From: an uncultured Acidimicrobiaceae bacterium
Lineage (GTDB): Bacteria; Actinomycetota; Acidimicrobiia; Acidimicrobiales; Palsa-688
DNA: 64,000 bases
Direction of reading: 5' to 3'
Assembly (NCBI GenBank): GCA_963699075.1
Contig: CAVOTF010000007.1
Coordinates: 1,342,655-1,406,654 of the forward strand
Position 1 is the stretch's first letter. Every line of letters begins with the position of its first letter. A program made the position numbers and the translations under genes. This document shows, one piece after another, positions 17,960-27,866 of this stretch. Below the pieces are notes generated by a model. That model worked only from the letters and a program-made list of their open reading frames with translations. It was not told where the DNA came from and ran no database searches.

Positions 17960-19296
17960 GTGGCAGACAAGCTCGAAGTCCTCCCCGGCCCTGGTCTGGT
18001 CGCGCGATTCGGCGACGTTGCCGTCTGGGCCGGCCCTCAGTGCTCGCCGGCGCTGCAGGCCCACCTCGTGAGCGAAGCACAAAAGCAGGGGCCCTATGCA
18101 GGGGACCAGCTCGCCAGCTCGTTCATCGCCGTCCTGCAAAGAGGCGACCCCGAGCCTCAGGCGCCGTTTGCGATCGTCGGGCCAGGCGCCAACGGTCTCG
18201 CCCTGTTCCTGCACGGGCCTGTGCAGGCGTGGGATAGTGGGCGATGGCTAGCGCCGCAGCCGGTCCCCGGCTGGATGGCCACCTCGATCGGCCGGCCCTG
18301 GCCCCTCATAATCCTGCCCTACGGGGCCGCGCCGCCGCCGCAAAGCCAGCAAGGGAACCCTTTCGACCTCGTATCGGGCGCTGTCCCCGGCTCGGGCTTC
18401 GTACTGTTGCGCCCACAGGCCGGGCCGGGACAACAGAGCGGGGCACCGCAAGCCACGGGTTCGTCGCTTGCCCCACAGGGGATGGCCCAACAGCCAGGAC
18501 CGACAGCGGGAGGGCCCATGCCCTTTGGCGGACAGCAAGGCTACGGCGCCCAGCCTGGTGGAGTTGGCCCCGGGCCGGGTGGCGTGGCCCAGGGACCAGG
18601 CGGGCCCGCGCCAATGCCGGGTAACGCCGGGGCAAGCCAATCGAGCATGGCAACGGCGCCGGTTGCATACGCGGGCGCGCTGGCGGGCGCCGCGGCGGTC
18701 GTCGCTGGGACCACGGGCGTCGCATCTCAGGGCGCAGGCTCCATCGACCTTCGCAGTGTTTTCGCGGCGCTTCAGCCGCCGCTCCCAGTCGCATCGAGCC
18801 CGGCCGCCACGGTCACGTCCGAGCGACCAGAGGTGCAAGGGGTGCGCTGCGAGCTCGGGCACTTCAACCACCCGCGAGTGACCACCTGCATGCGGTGTGG
18901 CAGACCGGTCCCACCAGGTAGCCCTCAGGTAAGCGGGCCGCGCCCGGCGGCCGGGGTGCTCCTGGCTGACGACGGTTCGATTTGGGCACTCGGTCGCCCG
19001 TGCATCATCGGTGCCGAGCCGACGTCTGCCGCAGAGGTCCAGGCCGGAGCGGCGCAGGCAATCGCAATGCGCGCCGCTCAGGACCACCCCATGGCGCCTG
19101 TGCACGCAGAGGTCCTGGCCAAAGGCTGGGCCGCCTACCTGGTCGACCGCGGAGCCGACGGCGGGACCTTTTTTCAGGGCCCGGGACGCAGGCATGGTCC
19201 CAGTTGGGCCGCAACGAACAACGCGAACTGACGGACGGCTCGCACATTTCCTGTGGGGGCCGGGTACTGACCTACCTGTCGGCTTGGCCCGCGTAG
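17960..19296 (+). CDS. FHA-domain protein with N-terminal domain, G/P/Q-rich linker and zinc-ribbon-like motif; split by an apparent 1-nt indel
   Basis: GAGGAGG lies upstream of GTG 17960. The ORF contains CELGHFNHPRVTTCMRCG, then FHA-like GVLLADDGSIWALGRPCIIG...PVHAEVLAKGWAAYLVDRGADGGTFF. The FHA C-terminus GPGTQAWSQLGRNEQRELTDGSHISCGGRVLTY continues in frame 1 after the T6 run at 19169-19174. Confidence 0.75.
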
Positions 19297-19356
19297 CCCA
19301 ACCGCTGATCGGGCTGGGCCGCATGTTTGCCCTCAGCCAGGGATCGAGTTAGCGGC

Positions 19357-19749
19357 TCATTGACCGAGCAAGTCGTGGAACTTCGGGCATAACTCGTTTA
19401 CGGCTGCGGAAATTACGACGCCGAGGTCATCAGGAGGCAGCGCCTCGTTCCCCTCCAGCAGGGGCACACGGTCCCCCACTTCTTCCACGGTTGCGCCAGA
19501 TTCAAGGTCCGCGCATATCGCCTGGCCCAAGCTGAGCAACTGAGGGCCCGTTCGGTAACCCCCGACATCTGGGGCCTGGCTATATATGGAGTTCAAAAAT
19601 GCTTGAGCAGCGCCCGGGCTTGTCGAGGTGTGGCTACCGCAACCCGCGGCGGCAAGTGCGAGTACCAAAACTGCAGCTACCGGCAGGCGCCTCGGCACAG
19701 ACCGGGATCCTAGCGAGCGCCGCCAGGGCGGACCTCGTGCCCGGGCCAT
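19357..19749 (-). CDS. Lipoprotein, DUF732-like
   Basis: Lipobox VLVLALAAAGC, then AQAFLNSIYSQAPD...LLSLGQAICADLESGATVEEV..., which resembles the mycobacterial DUF732 pattern. Start taken at ATG 19749; the ORF is open to 19842. Confidence 0.6.
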   Translation of the reverse strand: MARARGPPWRRSLGSRSVPRRLPVAAVLVLALAAAGCGSHTSTSPGAAQAFLNSIYSQAPDVGGYRTGPQLLSLGQAICADLESGATVEEVGDRVPLLEGNEALPPDDLGVVISAAVNELCPKFHDLLGQ

Positions 19750-19771
19750 CAACTCCTGGTGCCAACACAGG

Positions 19772-19813
19772 CTACGTTGCGAGGTGGCACTAACGTTGCG
19801 AGGTGGCACTAAC
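19772..19813. repeat. Tandem direct duplication, 2 x 19 nt (ACGTTGCGAGGTGGCACTA)
   Basis: Read directly: copies at 19774-19792 and 19793-19811 are identical. Located between the divergent lipoprotein and globin genes. Confidence 0.85.
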
Positions 19814-19840
19814 CTTGATAACAAGGTGCCCGCGACGACC

Positions 19841-20206
19841 ATGTACGAACGGCTCGGCGGAATGGCCTTTTTCGAGTCTCTTAGCGAGCGCTTCTATCGG
19901 GGCGTCGCCGCCGACGAGGTCCTACGCCCGATGTACCCAGAAGATCTCGAGGGACCGCGCCGCCATCTTTGCTTGTTCCTGGCTCAGTTTTGGGGAGGGC
20001 CGCGCAGTTACGACGAGGAGCGTGGCAGCCCCCGCCTGCGCGCTAGGCACTTGCCGTTCAAGATCGATGGGGATGCCCGTGACCGATGGTTGGCCCACAT
20101 GCGCACTGCCGTGGACGAGGCTCAGTTGCGCCCTTTGGAGAAGGCCCAGCTGCTCGGTTACTTCGAGGCTGCAGCCAACCACATGGTCAACAGCCCCGAC
20201 GATTAG
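19841..20206 (+). CDS. glbO: Group II truncated hemoglobin (trHbO-like)
   Basis: MYERLGGMAFFESLSERFYRGVAADEVLRPMYPEDLEGPRRHLCLFLAQFWGGPRSYDEERGSPRLRARHLPFKI fits the trHb group II pattern. Confidence 0.85.
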   Translation: MYERLGGMAFFESLSERFYRGVAADEVLRPMYPEDLEGPRRHLCLFLAQFWGGPRSYDEERGSPRLRARHLPFKIDGDARDRWLAHMRTAVDEAQLRPLEKAQLLGYFEAAANHMVNSPDD

Positions 20207-20238
20207 ACCTGTGCGGCACCGAGGTTGAGAGGGGTAAA

Positions 20239-20282
20239 AGTCGCGGTGCTGTTCAGATTGAGTCGCGGTGCTCTTCAGATTG
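20239..20282. repeat. Tandem direct duplication, 2 x 22 nt (AGTCGCGGTGCT[G/C]TTCAGATTG)
   Basis: Read directly: copies at 20239-20260 and 20261-20282 differ by one mismatch. Located between the globin stop and the STAS gene start. Confidence 0.85.
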
Positions 20283-20338
20283 ACGAGCCATGATTTGTTG
20301 AGAGCCGACCAACACAGGCCCGGCGAAAGGAGCCCGAG

Positions 20339-20704
20339 GTGTTAGTCCGTTGTGACGAAACTGAAGCAGCCGTGGTCTGCCACGTGGCTGGAGACCTCGA
20401 CCACGCGAGCATCGGTGAGTTCCGCGAGGCTGTCGCCCACCTGGCCAGGAAAAGAAGGGTGATTTTCGAGCTTTCGGCCGTCCCGTTCGTCGATGCGGCG
20501 GGCCTCGGAGCTCTCATCGGCACCGTCCGGCGGATCCGCGACCGGCGGGGTGGAGCTGTGGTCTGCGCGGCCAGGCCGTCGGTCCGCAGGGTCCTTCAGT
20601 TGGTCGGCATACCTCGGGTCGTAACGATCGTCGACACCCTCAAAGAGGCTCAGGCCTACTTCACTAATACTGCGCTGGCACAACCTCCCCGCCAAGCCGC
20701 ATAG
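20339..20704 (+). CDS. STAS-domain anti-sigma-factor antagonist
   Basis: AAAGGAG RBS plus GTG start. VVCHVAGDLDHASIGEFREAV...FELSAVPFVDAAGLGALIGTVRR fits the SpoIIAA-like pattern. Confidence 0.8.
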   Translation: MLVRCDETEAAVVCHVAGDLDHASIGEFREAVAHLARKRRVIFELSAVPFVDAAGLGALIGTVRRIRDRRGGAVVCAARPSVRRVLQLVGIPRVVTIVDTLKEAQAYFTNTALAQPPRQAA

Positions 20705-20808
20705 TCCCGAGAGTGACCAGGACCGGCCAGGGAGTACCCAGGTCGGTCTGTCCCCAAACACCTCCAGGAACGGCTAGCTCGGCGCGCTCGCTGGGCCTCC
20801 CTCGCCGC

Positions 20809-22670
20809 TTACTTAGTGCCCGCCGCAGGTGCTCGCGCGGCAGGTTGTGGGGCCGGAGGTGGGCCCCCGGCAGGCGGTGCGGCTGCAGCGGGGGCTTGCT
20901 GAGCTTCGATCGCAGCCGCAAGCAGGCGGGCAGCGTTGATGAACCCAACATGGGTGAAGGCTTGCGGGAAATTGCCGACGAGGCGACGGTTCGTTGTGTC
21001 GTACTCCTCGGAGAACAGCCCGACATCGTTGGCCACAGCGGTCACCCGCTCGAATATCTCGCGTGCTTCATCTACGCGGCCAAGGCGTGCCAAACACGAG
21101 ACGAGCCACAGGCTGCAGGGCAGGAACGTCGCCTCACCACCGGGCAACCCGTCGACACCGGAGCTGTTGTTGTACCTCTCGACGAACCCATTGACCATGA
21201 GATCCCGCATCACCGCCTCTACGGTGCCAACGACTCGCTCGTCGTCGACGGGCAGGAAGTCAACCGCGGGTACGAGCAGAAGGCTGGCGTCGAGCTCCTT
21301 AGAGCCGTAGGCCTGCGTGAAGGAGCGGAGCTCTGGGTTATAGCCCTGCGTGCACACCTGGTCATGGATGACCGCGCGCAACTTGCGCCATTCGTCGACA
21401 GGACCTTCCAGGCCGTGCAGCTCGACTGCTTTGACAGCCCTGTCAAGTGCGACCCAGGCCATCACTCTCGAGTAGACGAGGCGCTGTGGCGGGCCCTTAG
21501 CTCCCAGATGCCCTGGTCCGGCTCGTCCCAGTGGGCCGACACAAAGCCGATGATGGCTCGCTGGAGATCCCAGATGGCGCCCGCGGCAGCAATCCCGTGA
21601 GCGCGTGCCTGGTGAACGGCTTCCATCAGCTCCCCGTACACGTCGAGCTGGAACTGCAGAGACGCTGCGTTGCCTACCCTGACCGGGGCCGAAGCCTCGT
21701 ACCCCGGCAGCCAGTCGAGTTCGAGCTCCGGCAGCCGGCGCTCCCCCGCCACCCCGTACAGGACCTGGAGCTGTGCTGGGTTGCCAGCCGCCGCCCGGAC
21801 CATCCACCACAGCCACGCCTCTGCCTCCTCCCGGCAACCAGCCTCTATGAGACCGTTCAGAGTTAATGTGGCGTCCCTCACCCAGCAGTAGCGGTAATCC
21901 CAGTTACGGGGGCCGCCGAGGGCTTCGGGCAGCGAGGTGGTCGGGGCGGCGACAATGCCCCCTGTAGGCGCATACGTGAGTGCCTTCAGCGTTACGAGAG
22001 AACGCTGGACCAGGTCTTCCCACTCGCCGTGCACCTTGTTCAACCGGCCCGTCCACTCCTCCCAGAAGGACAGAGTGTCTGCTAGTGCCGACTCGCATTC
22101 CAGGTCTCTGCCGGGATCCTCGTAGGAAGGCGCCCACCTCAACCTGAAACAGAGCCGGTCACCTTCTTTGACTGTGAAGACCGCGCTGTGGTGCATGTCC
22201 GCGCCCTTCAGTTCGACCGGGCTGTCCAGCTCTATCGCGTCGGGGCCGGCCACTGCGCGGATGCCGTGCTCGGTCTGCACCACCCAAGGGACCTGAGAGC
22301 CGTACTCGAAGCGGACCACCAGGTCTATGACCATTGCGACGCTCCCGCGGAGCCCCTCCACAATTCGGAACACTCTCGGTCGGTGGTGGCGAAGCGGCAT
22401 GAAATCGGTGACTCGAACGCTGCCGCTCGGGGTGTCCCACTCCTGGTCGAGCACAAGGGCGCTTCCCCTGTACTTCCGCCGGGTAGCCGGGCCCGCGTCC
22501 TGTGGCGCCAAAATCCACCGGCCGTGCTCGGCGGTACCTAGGAGTGCGGCAAAGCATGCCGACGAGTCGAAGCGCGGCACGCATAACCAGTCGACCGAAC
22601 CGTCACGGCCAACGAGAGCGGCCGTGTGGGTATCGCCGATCAGGGCGTAATCTTCGATCTTCTGGCTCAC
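20809..22670 (-). CDS. Glycoside hydrolase family 15 (glucoamylase/trehalase-like); split by an apparent 1-nt indel
   Basis: N-terminus MSQKIEDYALIGDTHTAALVGRDGSVDWLCVPRFDSSACFAALLG... The ORF ends ...GIWELRA-RHSASSTRE*, while the next frame continues ...GPPQRLVYSRVMAWVALDRAV... to stop 20809. The join is at the GGGCCC run 21491-21496. Confidence 0.85.
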
Positions 22671-22742
22671 GCCGCCATATCCTAGGGTGCCCGAACAGGG
22701 CTGGGACGTGCGCTGCAGAACCCGTCCGATTGCTACACGAGC

Positions 22743-23636
22743 TCAAACCGACAGGAAGCGCCTCACCGCGAAACCCGAGCCCAGAGCGCCGACCAGAGCT
22801 CCGACGATCACGATGAACAGCCCGGTCAGCAGCGCCGCGTGGGAGCTGACGTACAGGGGTTGGTTCACGTCGATCGGGTTGCTGCCTGTGAACGAGGCGA
22901 AGGTAGCCCGCGCGAAGTAGGTGATCAGAAAGGCTATTACCGCTCCGAGCAGCCCCTCGACGAGCCCTTCGAGCATGAACGGGACCCGGATGAACCAGTT
23001 GGTGGCCCCCACGAGCTTCATAACTGCGACTTCGCGCCGACGGGCGAAAATCGCTAGCTGGATTGTGTTCACAACGAGCGCGATCGCTCCCAGCATCACG
23101 CCACCGGCCACAATCAAGGCAACCGTCCGTAAGGCGGAGAAGTGGGCGAGGGTTTCTGAGATTATTTGCCCGGGGTAACCCACGTGGTAAACGCCCGGTT
23201 GGTTGGAGAACTCGCTGGCCAGCTGTGTAATGCTCTGCGCCTTTGCGGGTATGCACTGGAACGAGGTCGGCATCGCAGATGCCGTCATTTCCTTGATCAG
23301 CTCCGGTTGGCCGCTGAAGAGATCTTTGAACTCGGCCCACGCCTGGTCCTTGTCGAGAAAGCGGCAGCTCTTGATCTGCGTCGGCGTCATCCCGCCGAGC
23401 TCATGGTTGATTGCTGCTATCTCCTGACCGCTGGCCCGCGGTTCCATGAAGATGATCATTTCGACGCCGCCCTGCCACTGGACCGTCGCAGTATTGACCG
23501 CCTGGCGCATAATGAGGACCCCACCGAGGGCGGTGAGCGATACAGCCATCGTTACGATCGCAGCGACCGTCATGACTACGTTGCGGAGAAGGTTGCCCCC
23601 CGTCTCGCGCAGTACGTACGGGCTCGCCATCGTCAT
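22743..23636 (-). CDS. ftsX: Cell-division ABC transporter permease FtsX
   Basis: 297 aa. LRETGGNLLRNVVMTVAAIVTMAVSL..., a large extracytoplasmic loop and a C-terminal FtsX-type TM bundle. Directly downstream of ftsE. Confidence 0.85.
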   Translation of the reverse strand: MTMASPYVLRETGGNLLRNVVMTVAAIVTMAVSLTALGGVLIMRQAVNTATVQWQGGVEMIIFMEPRASGQEIAAINHELGGMTPTQIKSCRFLDKDQAWAEFKDLFSGQPELIKEMTASAMPTSFQCIPAKAQSITQLASEFSNQPGVYHVGYPGQIISETLAHFSALRTVALIVAGGVMLGAIALVVNTIQLAIFARRREVAVMKLVGATNWFIRVPFMLEGLVEGLLGAVIAFLITYFARATFASFTGSNPIDVNQPLYVSSHAALLTGLFIVIVGALVGALGSGFAVRRFLSV

Positions 23637-23675
23637 CGGTTGCCCCTTTTCCTATCTCGCAGCCCCGCCGGGCCT

Positions 23676-24365
23676 TTAGGCGTCGACCATGCCGTATACG
23701 CCTCTTGCCTGGTCGCGCACAACATTGCCGCGGTCCAGCTCGATGACCCTCTTGCGCATAGCGTCGACCACATCCTGCTGGTGGGTCGCCATAACCACGG
23801 TCGTGCCGTAGAGGTTGATGCGTTCGAGGAGGCGCATTATGCCAGCCGTCGTACCCGGGTCGAGGTTCCCTGTCGGCTCGTCAGCCAGCAGTATCAGCGG
23901 GCGGTTGACGAACGCCCGCGCAACGGCAACGCGCTGCTGTTCGCCACCCGAAAGCTCGTTGGGGCGGCTGTCCATCTTCTTGCCCAAACCGACGAGCTCG
24001 AGGATCTGGGGTACTTGAGACCGCACGAAACTTCTGGAGCGCCCGATCACCTCGAGAGCAAACGCAACATTTTCGTAGACGGTGCGTTCTGGCAACAGCC
24101 GGTAATCCTGGAAGATGCAGCCGATGTTGCGACGCAAGTAGGGCACTTTCCATGGGGCGAGAGAACCGACTTCCTTGCCCGCCACCCAGATCTCCCCCGC
24201 GTCAGCGCGTTCTTCTTTTGTTACAAGTCGCAGGAACGTTGTCTTGCCAGACCCGGAGGGCCCGACAATGAACACGAACTCGCCCCGCTTGATATCGACC
24301 GAAACCTCGCGTAAAGCTGCGACGGTCCCTTTATAGGTCTTGGTGACTTGGTTGAAGCGGATCAT
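23676..24365 (-). CDS. ftsE: Cell-division ATP-binding protein FtsE
   Basis: MIRFNQVTKTYKG..., Walker A GPSGSGKTT, signature LSGGEQQRVAVARA, Walker B ILLADEPTGNLD. Confidence 0.9.
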   Translation of the reverse strand: MIRFNQVTKTYKGTVAALREVSVDIKRGEFVFIVGPSGSGKTTFLRLVTKEERADAGEIWVAGKEVGSLAPWKVPYLRRNIGCIFQDYRLLPERTVYENVAFALEVIGRSRSFVRSQVPQILELVGLGKKMDSRPNELSGGEQQRVAVARAFVNRPLILLADEPTGNLDPGTTAGIMRLLERINLYGTTVVMATHQQDVVDAMRKRVIELDRGNVVRDQARGVYGMVDA

Positions 24366-24439
24366 AAGTTTGAAGTGCCGGCTTTAAATCCTACAACGGG
24401 CACTAATCGAGCATAGCTGCCAAAAGCGCAGATAAGACG

Positions 24440-25639
24440 CTACCCGCCTGTGACCTGGTCATATACGTCCACCGTCTGGCGGGCCACCGCCTTCCAAGTG
24501 AACTGGGCAAGGACGCGTTCGCGCCCGGCGGCACCGAACGCCCTGGCCAACTCGGGCGACGAGAGCAGGTGGTTGACCCTCTCCGCGATCGCTGCCGTGA
24601 AGGCTTCGGGGTCTGCGGGCGTGCCGAAGGCGTCCCCACTGGGCGCGAAAGGCACAAGGAAGCCGGTCTCGCCGTCCACGACAATCTCGGGCACCCCGCC
24701 CACCGCGCTCGCCACGACGGGTACGGCACAGGCCATCGCCTCGACGTTGATCAGCCCGAAGGGCTCGTATATCGACGGGCACACGAACACGCTCGCATGG
24801 CTGATGATCTGCACGAGCGCCGGTCGAGGCACCATTTCTTCGACCCAGAAGACCCCCTTGCGGCTCTCCGCCAGCTCGGACACCTGGGCTCGCACCTCCC
24901 GTTCGATCTCGGGTGTGTCGGGGGCGCCGACGCAAAACACGACCTGGGCGTCCGGGTCAAAGGACCTGGCAGCTTCGAGGAGGTACGTGATGCCCTTTTG
25001 CCGGGTCACCCGCCCTACGAACAGCACGTAGGGGACGTCGGGGTCAATATCCTGGCTCTGGAGACAAGCCGTCCGCGGGTCGGGGAAGAACTCGTCGGTG
25101 TCGATGCCGTTGTGGACGACCTTTACCTTTGCGGCGTCTACCGCCGGGTAGACCCGCAAAACGTCGTCGCGCATGGCCCTGGAGACCGCGATCACGGCGT
25201 CGGCGCTCTCGATGGCCGTGCGTTCCACCCAGCTGGACAGCCGGTAACCAGCGCCGAGCTGCTCGGCCTTCCACGGGCGGAGCGGCTCGAGGCTGTGCGA
25301 GGTCATCACATGAGGTATGTCGTAGAGGATGTGCGCCAGGTAGCCGGCGAAGTTGGCGTACCACGTGTGGCTGTGGGCCACATCGGCCGCCTCGACATCG
25401 AAGGCCATGCAGAGATCAGCCGACAGCGCCCGAAGGGCCGTCCCTTTCCCGTCTTTGCCGATAGCGTCCCAGGGCTCGTACGCACCCGCCACAAGGGGGT
25501 CGTCCCGAGGCTCTCCGAAGCAGTACACGGCGACATCGAGCAGCTTTGCGAGCTCCCGGGAGAGGTGCTCCACGTGCACGCCGGCCCCCCCGTAAATCTC
25601 CGGCGGGTACTCCTTTGTCAGAAGGGCAACACGGGTCAA
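24440..25639 (-). CDS. glgA: GT4-type glycogen synthase / alpha-maltose-1-phosphate synthase (actinobacterial GlgA/GlgM type)
   Basis: [31 protein letters not shown]... plus a C-terminal E-x7-E-type GT4 fold. The TTG start overlaps the glgC stop. Confidence 0.85.
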   Translation of the reverse strand: MTRVALLTKEYPPEIYGGAGVHVEHLSRELAKLLDVAVYCFGEPRDDPLVAGAYEPWDAIGKDGKGTALRALSADLCMAFDVEAADVAHSHTWYANFAGYLAHILYDIPHVMTSHSLEPLRPWKAEQLGAGYRLSSWVERTAIESADAVIAVSRAMRDDVLRVYPAVDAAKVKVVHNGIDTDEFFPDPRTACLQSQDIDPDVPYVLFVGRVTRQKGITYLLEAARSFDPDAQVVFCVGAPDTPEIEREVRAQVSELAESRKGVFWVEEMVPRPALVQIISHASVFVCPSIYEPFGLINVEAMACAVPVVASAVGGVPEIVVDGETGFLVPFAPSGDAFGTPADPEAFTAAIAERVNHLLSSPELARAFGAAGRERVLAQFTWKAVARQTVDVYDQVTGG

Positions 25640-26862
25640 CCGACGACCTTTTCGCCCTTGCCGATAACGACGATGCCTCTGGCAGAAATGGTGAACCGGC
25701 TCGCATCGATCTCGGGGTCCACCCCCACCCGAGCACCCGGTTCAACCGTCACGTTTTTGTCGATGATCGCGCGGCGAACGACGGCACCCTCACCGATGCG
25801 GACATTGTCCATCAAAACCGAGCCTTCGACCAGAGCGCCCTGCTGCACGATTACGCCCGGAGATATGACGGAACCGCGGACGGTGCCACCAGAGATAATC
25901 GTGCCCCCGGACACGATCGAATTGTAGGCAAGGCCCGCGCGCCCTGGCTCCTCGAAGACGAATTTTGCAGGGGGTAATTGGGGTGCGCTCGTAAAGATCG
26001 GCCACTCGGTGTTGTAGAGGTTGAAAATAGGCTGCACTGCAACGAGATCCATGCTGGCTTCGTAATAGCTGTCGAGGGTGCCGACATCACGCCAGTATGC
26101 GTGGTCGAGGTCGGTGCACCCCGGCACGTCGTTCTCGTGGAAGTCGTAAAAATGGGCATCGCCGCTCTCGACGAAGCGCGGGACAACGTCACGGCCCATA
26201 TCATGGCGGCTATTGGAGTCCTGAGCGTCCTCGCGCAACGCGTCGCTGAGGGCATTCGCATTGAAAATATAATTGCCCATCGAGGCAAAAAGATGCGGGC
26301 TCCCAGCGGCAAGAGCGACGGGGTCGGGGGGCTTTTCTATGAAACGCCCGATAAGGGTCCCCTTGCCAGGCTCGATCACCCCAAATCCCTTTGCCCGCTC
26401 CGGCGGGACCCTTATGGCGGCAACGGTGGCCGCGGCACCCGTCGCAATATGCTGCTCGAGCATTTGGCGGGGGTCCATCCGGTAAATGTGGTCGGCCCCG
26501 AACACCAGTACATAATCCGGGCGCTCGTCCCCGACAATGTTGAGGTTCTGGTAGATGGCGTCCGCTGAACCAGAGAACCACCACGGCCCCCGGCGCATCT
26601 GAGCCGGGACCGGGGTCACGTACGAGCCGAGGAGGGTGGAGAGGCGCCACGTGCGCGTGATGTGCAAGTCGAGGCTGTGGCTTTTGTACTGGGTCAGGAC
26701 AACGACCCGCAGCAGCCCCGCGTTTGCCAGGTTGGAAAGCGCGAAGTCGATCAGGCGGTAGTGGCCACCAAAGGGCACCGCAGGCTTGGCGCGGTCGAGG
26801 GTCAGCGGGAGAAGGCGTTTGCCTTCTCCTCCTGCGAGGACTATGGACAGCACTCGCGCCAC
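25636..26862 (-). CDS. glgC: Glucose-1-phosphate adenylyltransferase
   Basis: [44 protein letters not shown]..., with C-terminal left-handed beta-helix repeats. Confidence 0.9.
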   Translation of the reverse strand: MARVLSIVLAGGEGKRLLPLTLDRAKPAVPFGGHYRLIDFALSNLANAGLLRVVVLTQYKSHSLDLHITRTWRLSTLLGSYVTPVPAQMRRGPWWFSGSADAIYQNLNIVGDERPDYVLVFGADHIYRMDPRQMLEQHIATGAAATVAAIRVPPERAKGFGVIEPGKGTLIGRFIEKPPDPVALAAGSPHLFASMGNYIFNANALSDALREDAQDSNSRHDMGRDVVPRFVESGDAHFYDFHENDVPGCTDLDHAYWRDVGTLDSYYEASMDLVAVQPIFNLYNTEWPIFTSAPQLPPAKFVFEEPGRAGLAYNSIVSGGTIISGGTVRGSVISPGVIVQQGALVEGSVLMDNVRIGEGAVVRRAIIDKNVTVEPGARVGVDPEIDASRFTISARGIVVIGKGEKVVG

Positions 26863-27025
26863 AACGACACGCTAGTGCCACTACAGGCACCGTTCGGCCC
26901 CCTTTGACGCTGCCCAATGATTATTTCGCCAGATACCTTTCCGGGCGGCCAAAGGCGGCGAACGTCCCTGGAGGCAGCGCTACCTGTGCCAAGGGCAGGC
27001 GAACAGCCTCTTTTGGTCAATCAGC

Positions 27026-27031
27026 GATAAT
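27026..27031 (+). promoter_or_regulatory. -10-like hexamer GATAAT placed for a leaderless transcript of the aldo/keto reductase
   Basis: GATAAT is followed by 6 nt and then ATG 27038, with no SD sequence between. Leaderless mRNAs with this geometry are common in Actinobacteria. No good -35 element. Confidence 0.3.
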
Positions 27032-27037
27032 GGGCCA

Positions 27038-27829
27038 ATGACCTTGCCCAGCCAAGAAACCATCCCGCTGCTCGGCGGAGGGGCTATACCGTTAGTTGGC
27101 TTCGGTACCTGGCGCCTAACGGGGCGGAGCAGCTACGAGGCAGTGCGGCACGCCCTGGCCACCGGCTACCGCCACATCGACACGGCAACCATGTACGGCA
27201 ACGAGGCCGAGGTAGGCCAGGCCATCCGCGATAGCGGGCTAAGCAGGGAAGAGGTCTTCCTTACCACCAAGCTCCTCCAGGACGATGCCGATCACCCGGA
27301 CCAGGCCATCGACGCAAGCCTGCGGCGCCTAGGCATGGACTATGTCGACCTGTGGTTAATCCACTGGCCGCCGGGCGGACAGGCAAGCCCCAAAACCTGG
27401 GAGAAGGTGCTCGCCCAGCGCGAACTCGGCAAAGCCAGGTCAGCCGGGGTCAGCAACTACTCGACTGACCAGGTTGACGAGCTCATCGCAGCCACCGGGG
27501 ACACCCCAACCGTCAACCAGGTGCGCTGGGGCCCTGCTGTTTACGACCCGGCCTTCGCCGCCGATTGTTCCGAACGCGGGGTCGTCCTCGAGGGTTACAG
27601 CCCCCTACGGGCGACACCTCTCGACGACGCTCGCCTAGTCGGGGTGGCCAGGGAACACGAGGTGAGCCCCGCCCAGGTGGTGCTGCGGTGGCACATCGAG
27701 CACCGGACCGTGGTCATCCCCAGGTCATCCAAGCCGGCACGGATCGACGAGAACTTCGACCTGTGGGGCTGGTCGTTGACCCCCGAAGAAGTCGCCCTGC
27801 TCGACAAGCTGTCACCGATGGTGGCATGA
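27038..27829 (+). CDS. Aldo/keto reductase (2,5-diketo-D-gluconate reductase-like)
   Basis: IPLVGFGTWRL...ALATGYRHIDTATMYGNEAEVGQAI...LWLIHWP... Confidence 0.85.
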   Translation: MTLPSQETIPLLGGGAIPLVGFGTWRLTGRSSYEAVRHALATGYRHIDTATMYGNEAEVGQAIRDSGLSREEVFLTTKLLQDDADHPDQAIDASLRRLGMDYVDLWLIHWPPGGQASPKTWEKVLAQRELGKARSAGVSNYSTDQVDELIAATGDTPTVNQVRWGPAVYDPAFAADCSERGVVLEGYSPLRATPLDDARLVGVAREHEVSPAQVVLRWHIEHRTVVIPRSSKPARIDENFDLWGWSLTPEEVALLDKLSPMVA

Positions 27830-27866
27830 AATACTCGCAAAGAGCGCGGGGGCGAACGGGACCGCT

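Noticed and set aside
20339-20704. STAS gene as part of a partner-switching system
   Set aside because: No anti-sigma kinase, PP2C phosphatase or sigma factor is present in the window, so it is a lone gene here.
23166-25927. Long + strand ORFs (23166-24314, 24569-25927)
   Set aside because: They lie antisense to ftsE/ftsX and glgA/glgC, whose products carry unambiguous motifs. They are high-GC shadow frames.
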